DNA of 64,000 nt from Lepidodermella squamata (Eukaryota > Animalia > Gastrotricha): assembly GCA_047495785.1 (NCBI GenBank), contig JBLDXI010000009.1:2852001-2916000 (forward strand). The letters run 5' to 3'. Positions 61,518-64,000 of this stretch are shown piece after piece; within the stretch, counting starts at the first letter, position 1, and the number at the start of each line of letters is the position of its first letter. The position numbers and the translations under genes were made by a program. The notes beneath the pieces were generated by a model. The model was not told the origin of the DNA. It saw nothing but the letters and a program-made list of their open reading frames with translations, and ran no database searches.

Positions 61518-61855
61518 GATAGGTGATTTTATCAAAAAAAAGATGATGAATGATTGAAAAATTATCGCCGTATTTATTGGGCGGCGCGACACGCGTTATT
61601 TCCTGGCACGTGTTTATATTTTGATACTGCCGTCCTTTATCAATGAAAAACATGAAAAATAATTGAAAACATTACGTAATGGGGTTAGGTGTTTTTAACC
61701 CGAAACCGACGAGAGTTCAACAACGTGTCCGTATTTACTCTTGATTTGAAAGATTAAAAAAATAAGTAATTCGAAACTATTTTTATTTTCGCTAATCAAT
61801 GCCTTGCATCCGAGTAAATTAATTTCGCATGATTACCAGTCAGTTGATGTATTAA

Positions 61856-64000
61856 TTATTTGTCGAGGAGGAACTCTACGACCTTCGAGTGGCCAGCAAG
61901 AGCGGCCTGAGCCGCGGCAGTGAGGCCGCTTTTATTCACAAGTTTTGTCGCTTCCTTGAAGGCTGGGTAGAGCAACTCGACAATCTCAGCGTGCCCGCGC
62001 TGAGCAGCCAACATCAGAGGAGTCTCACCTGAAAAAATTGAATTTCATAGAATTTATATACCTATAGGAAAATAAAAAATATAAAAAACCCCTAAATTTA
62101 GGGTCCAGTGTTAAATTGGAGGCTCCATCACTAGCTAGTTTGTCGAGTTTCAAATCTTCAATTGAACCCCAATTTTTTAATAGTGAAGGGTTTATAGCCC
62201 TGGCATGTTAAAATTAGCAATTAGAGTGAAACTCAACCAATAAGAAATAGACTTATTAAACAATTAAGCAAACTTTTCCAATGACTTAATTGAAAATTTT
62301 CCCGACTTTTATAGCCACTATTAGGGCGTGAAATTGAAATTTTAATTAATGATAAGCAGCACGTGATATTGCTGGCACGAGCGCTGACTAAAGCTAAAAA
62401 TATCAATTTATAGAGTCTGGATTTGGGGCGCAGGACCTTATAGCGATCCTTTTTTCAAATTTCTTTGAATTAAATTTGCATAGGTCAATCTTGAATTAGT
62501 AAAAAAGAATTTCCAGATTTAAATATAAAATTACCTGGCTCTGATTGAATTTCGGCAGATTCTGGACAATTTTGATAGAGCACTCGAACCATGTACAATT
62601 GTCCAGCCATCGAAGCGCATGCTAATGGCGTCAAACCCGCAACATTTCGCGTCAAAAGCGCCTCGGGACATTTCCTAGCCAAAAACCGCACAATATCCAA
62701 GTGATTACTCGCAGCGGCGGCCATAACCGGGGTCTGGCCATGTTTCGCCTCTCGCCACTTTGCAACGTCAGGCAGTTTCTCGGTCAAAAATCGCGTCAAC
62801 AGGTGGTCACCCATCGCGGCGGCACACATCAAAGACGTGAAATCTTGCCGATTAGTCTGAGCCGCCGCGTCATGGCATTTCGCCATCAAAAAGCGCACCG
62901 CATCGAGATGACCGGCTTTAGTCGCGATGTGAAGCGGCAGCTCGCCGTCAACATCTTCCTTCCTCGCCGCCTCCGGGTGCACATCGTAAACCCACTCAAC
63001 CGAATCGATGTTACCGTGGAGAGCCGCGAACGACAAAGCTGTCGCTTCGTTCTTATCAAGCGCCTTAACTAAAGTGCCTCGAACATTCCGCTCGTGAATA
63101 AATCTGGCAATATCAGTCTGGCCGATCATTAACGCGAGTTGGATCAGATTCCGCCCGTTCGAATCGACTATTTCATGCAGATCCAAACCGTGGGGGATGA
63201 AATGCTCAAACAAATACCGAACAGCCTCGACATGGCCGTTTTGAACAGTTCGAAGTAGAATTAAGGCGGAGAAGTCTCGGTTGAATTTAACATGTTTCTC
63301 CTCCAGGAAATAACTTGCTATTTCCAGCCGATTTTGGGCAATTGCATGCATTTGAGGCGTGAAGTTGCTATCGTCCTCCAGTTCCATCAAATCAGCGTAC
63401 TTTTCCGAGAGAAATTTGGCAACTTCCAAATGGCCATTTCGACTCGCGTAAGATAACGGGTTCATGTTGTTAAGCGGCTTGTTGCTCGGCGGTTTTTCAG
63501 CTTTGATTTCAGCTAGCAGTTGAACAGCGTTAAGGTGGCCGCATCTCGCCGCACAGGTCAATGTCATTTCGTTGAAATTAGGCCGATTTGCATATTCAGC
63601 CTCAATCGTGTCTAAATCACCGCGCGCACATGCGATAATTAACGGGTCACTTATCGCGGGGTCGAGGGTCAGCGCGAGCCATTTCATTTCTGTGTATAAT
63701 CACGCCGATACGGATGTAGAGCTGAACTCAGCCTCGGAATATACCGGCTTGATTTCAGATAATTTTCCATTGTTTCAAATAATCGGTAGAAAACAGTTTC
63801 ATGGTCGTGATTTTCCAGTTTTAGCATTTCGACAAATTTCGCTGCGCCCAGGCGTCGGCAAATTAACCAAAGCCAGCTTTGGAGGGTTTCGTTTTCGAAT
63901 GGCAAACTATCAAAGGCGACATGAAGTATCGTCCGGCCATTCAATCGATGAATTTTCGTTCCACATAATTCGATTAAATTCTCGTCATTTATATACGTAA
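61856..64000 (-). pseudogene. Third STAND-ankyrin paralog, 3' part only, frameshifted near 63691 (pseudogene or assembly error)
   Basis: LIELCGTKIHRLNGRTILH matches the post-NB-ARC linker of paralogs 1 and 2 (LAELCAQKSLKTAGRTFLH). Ankyrin exon runs to 62535 and the last exon is 62028-61856. The frame changes at the TGTGT run 63691-63695. Confidence 0.75.

Noticed and set aside
34347-61526. Many overlapping and antisense ORFs over the PIF-like genes
   Set aside because: They are explained by strong codon bias suppressing stops in other frames and show no independent motifs.

Overview
Eukaryotic (animal) genomic DNA with a compact gene layout and mostly short, AT-rich GT-AG introns (about 47-63 nt). 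PIF-like chitin-binding genes hint at a spiralian invertebrate, which is an inference. Left to right, the window holds: the 3' part of an usherin-like FN3 transmembrane gene; a tandem cluster of small secreted 7-Cys proteins; a 919-bp Tc1/mariner-type foldback element; three GABA-B-like class C GPCR genes separated by nested transposon relics; a signal-peptide + ankyrin + Sushi + propeller-like gene; a CSab defensin/macin-like peptide; a Myb/SANT trihelix gene; and a compact Cdc25. From about 34 kb onward there is an interleaved paralog cluster: three chitin-binding/LamG (PIF-like) genes, three STAND-ankyrin genes, three dispanin/IFITM-like genes and two tail-anchored proteins. The strongest candidate for an undescribed system is the spliced coiled-coil - TIR - NB-ARC - ankyrin receptor family. 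The ORF track splits these genes into fragments; once spliced, the two complete copies keep the glutamate at the position that is catalytic in NADase TIRs. Gene models were assembled by eye from splice sites and frames, and no database searches were run.
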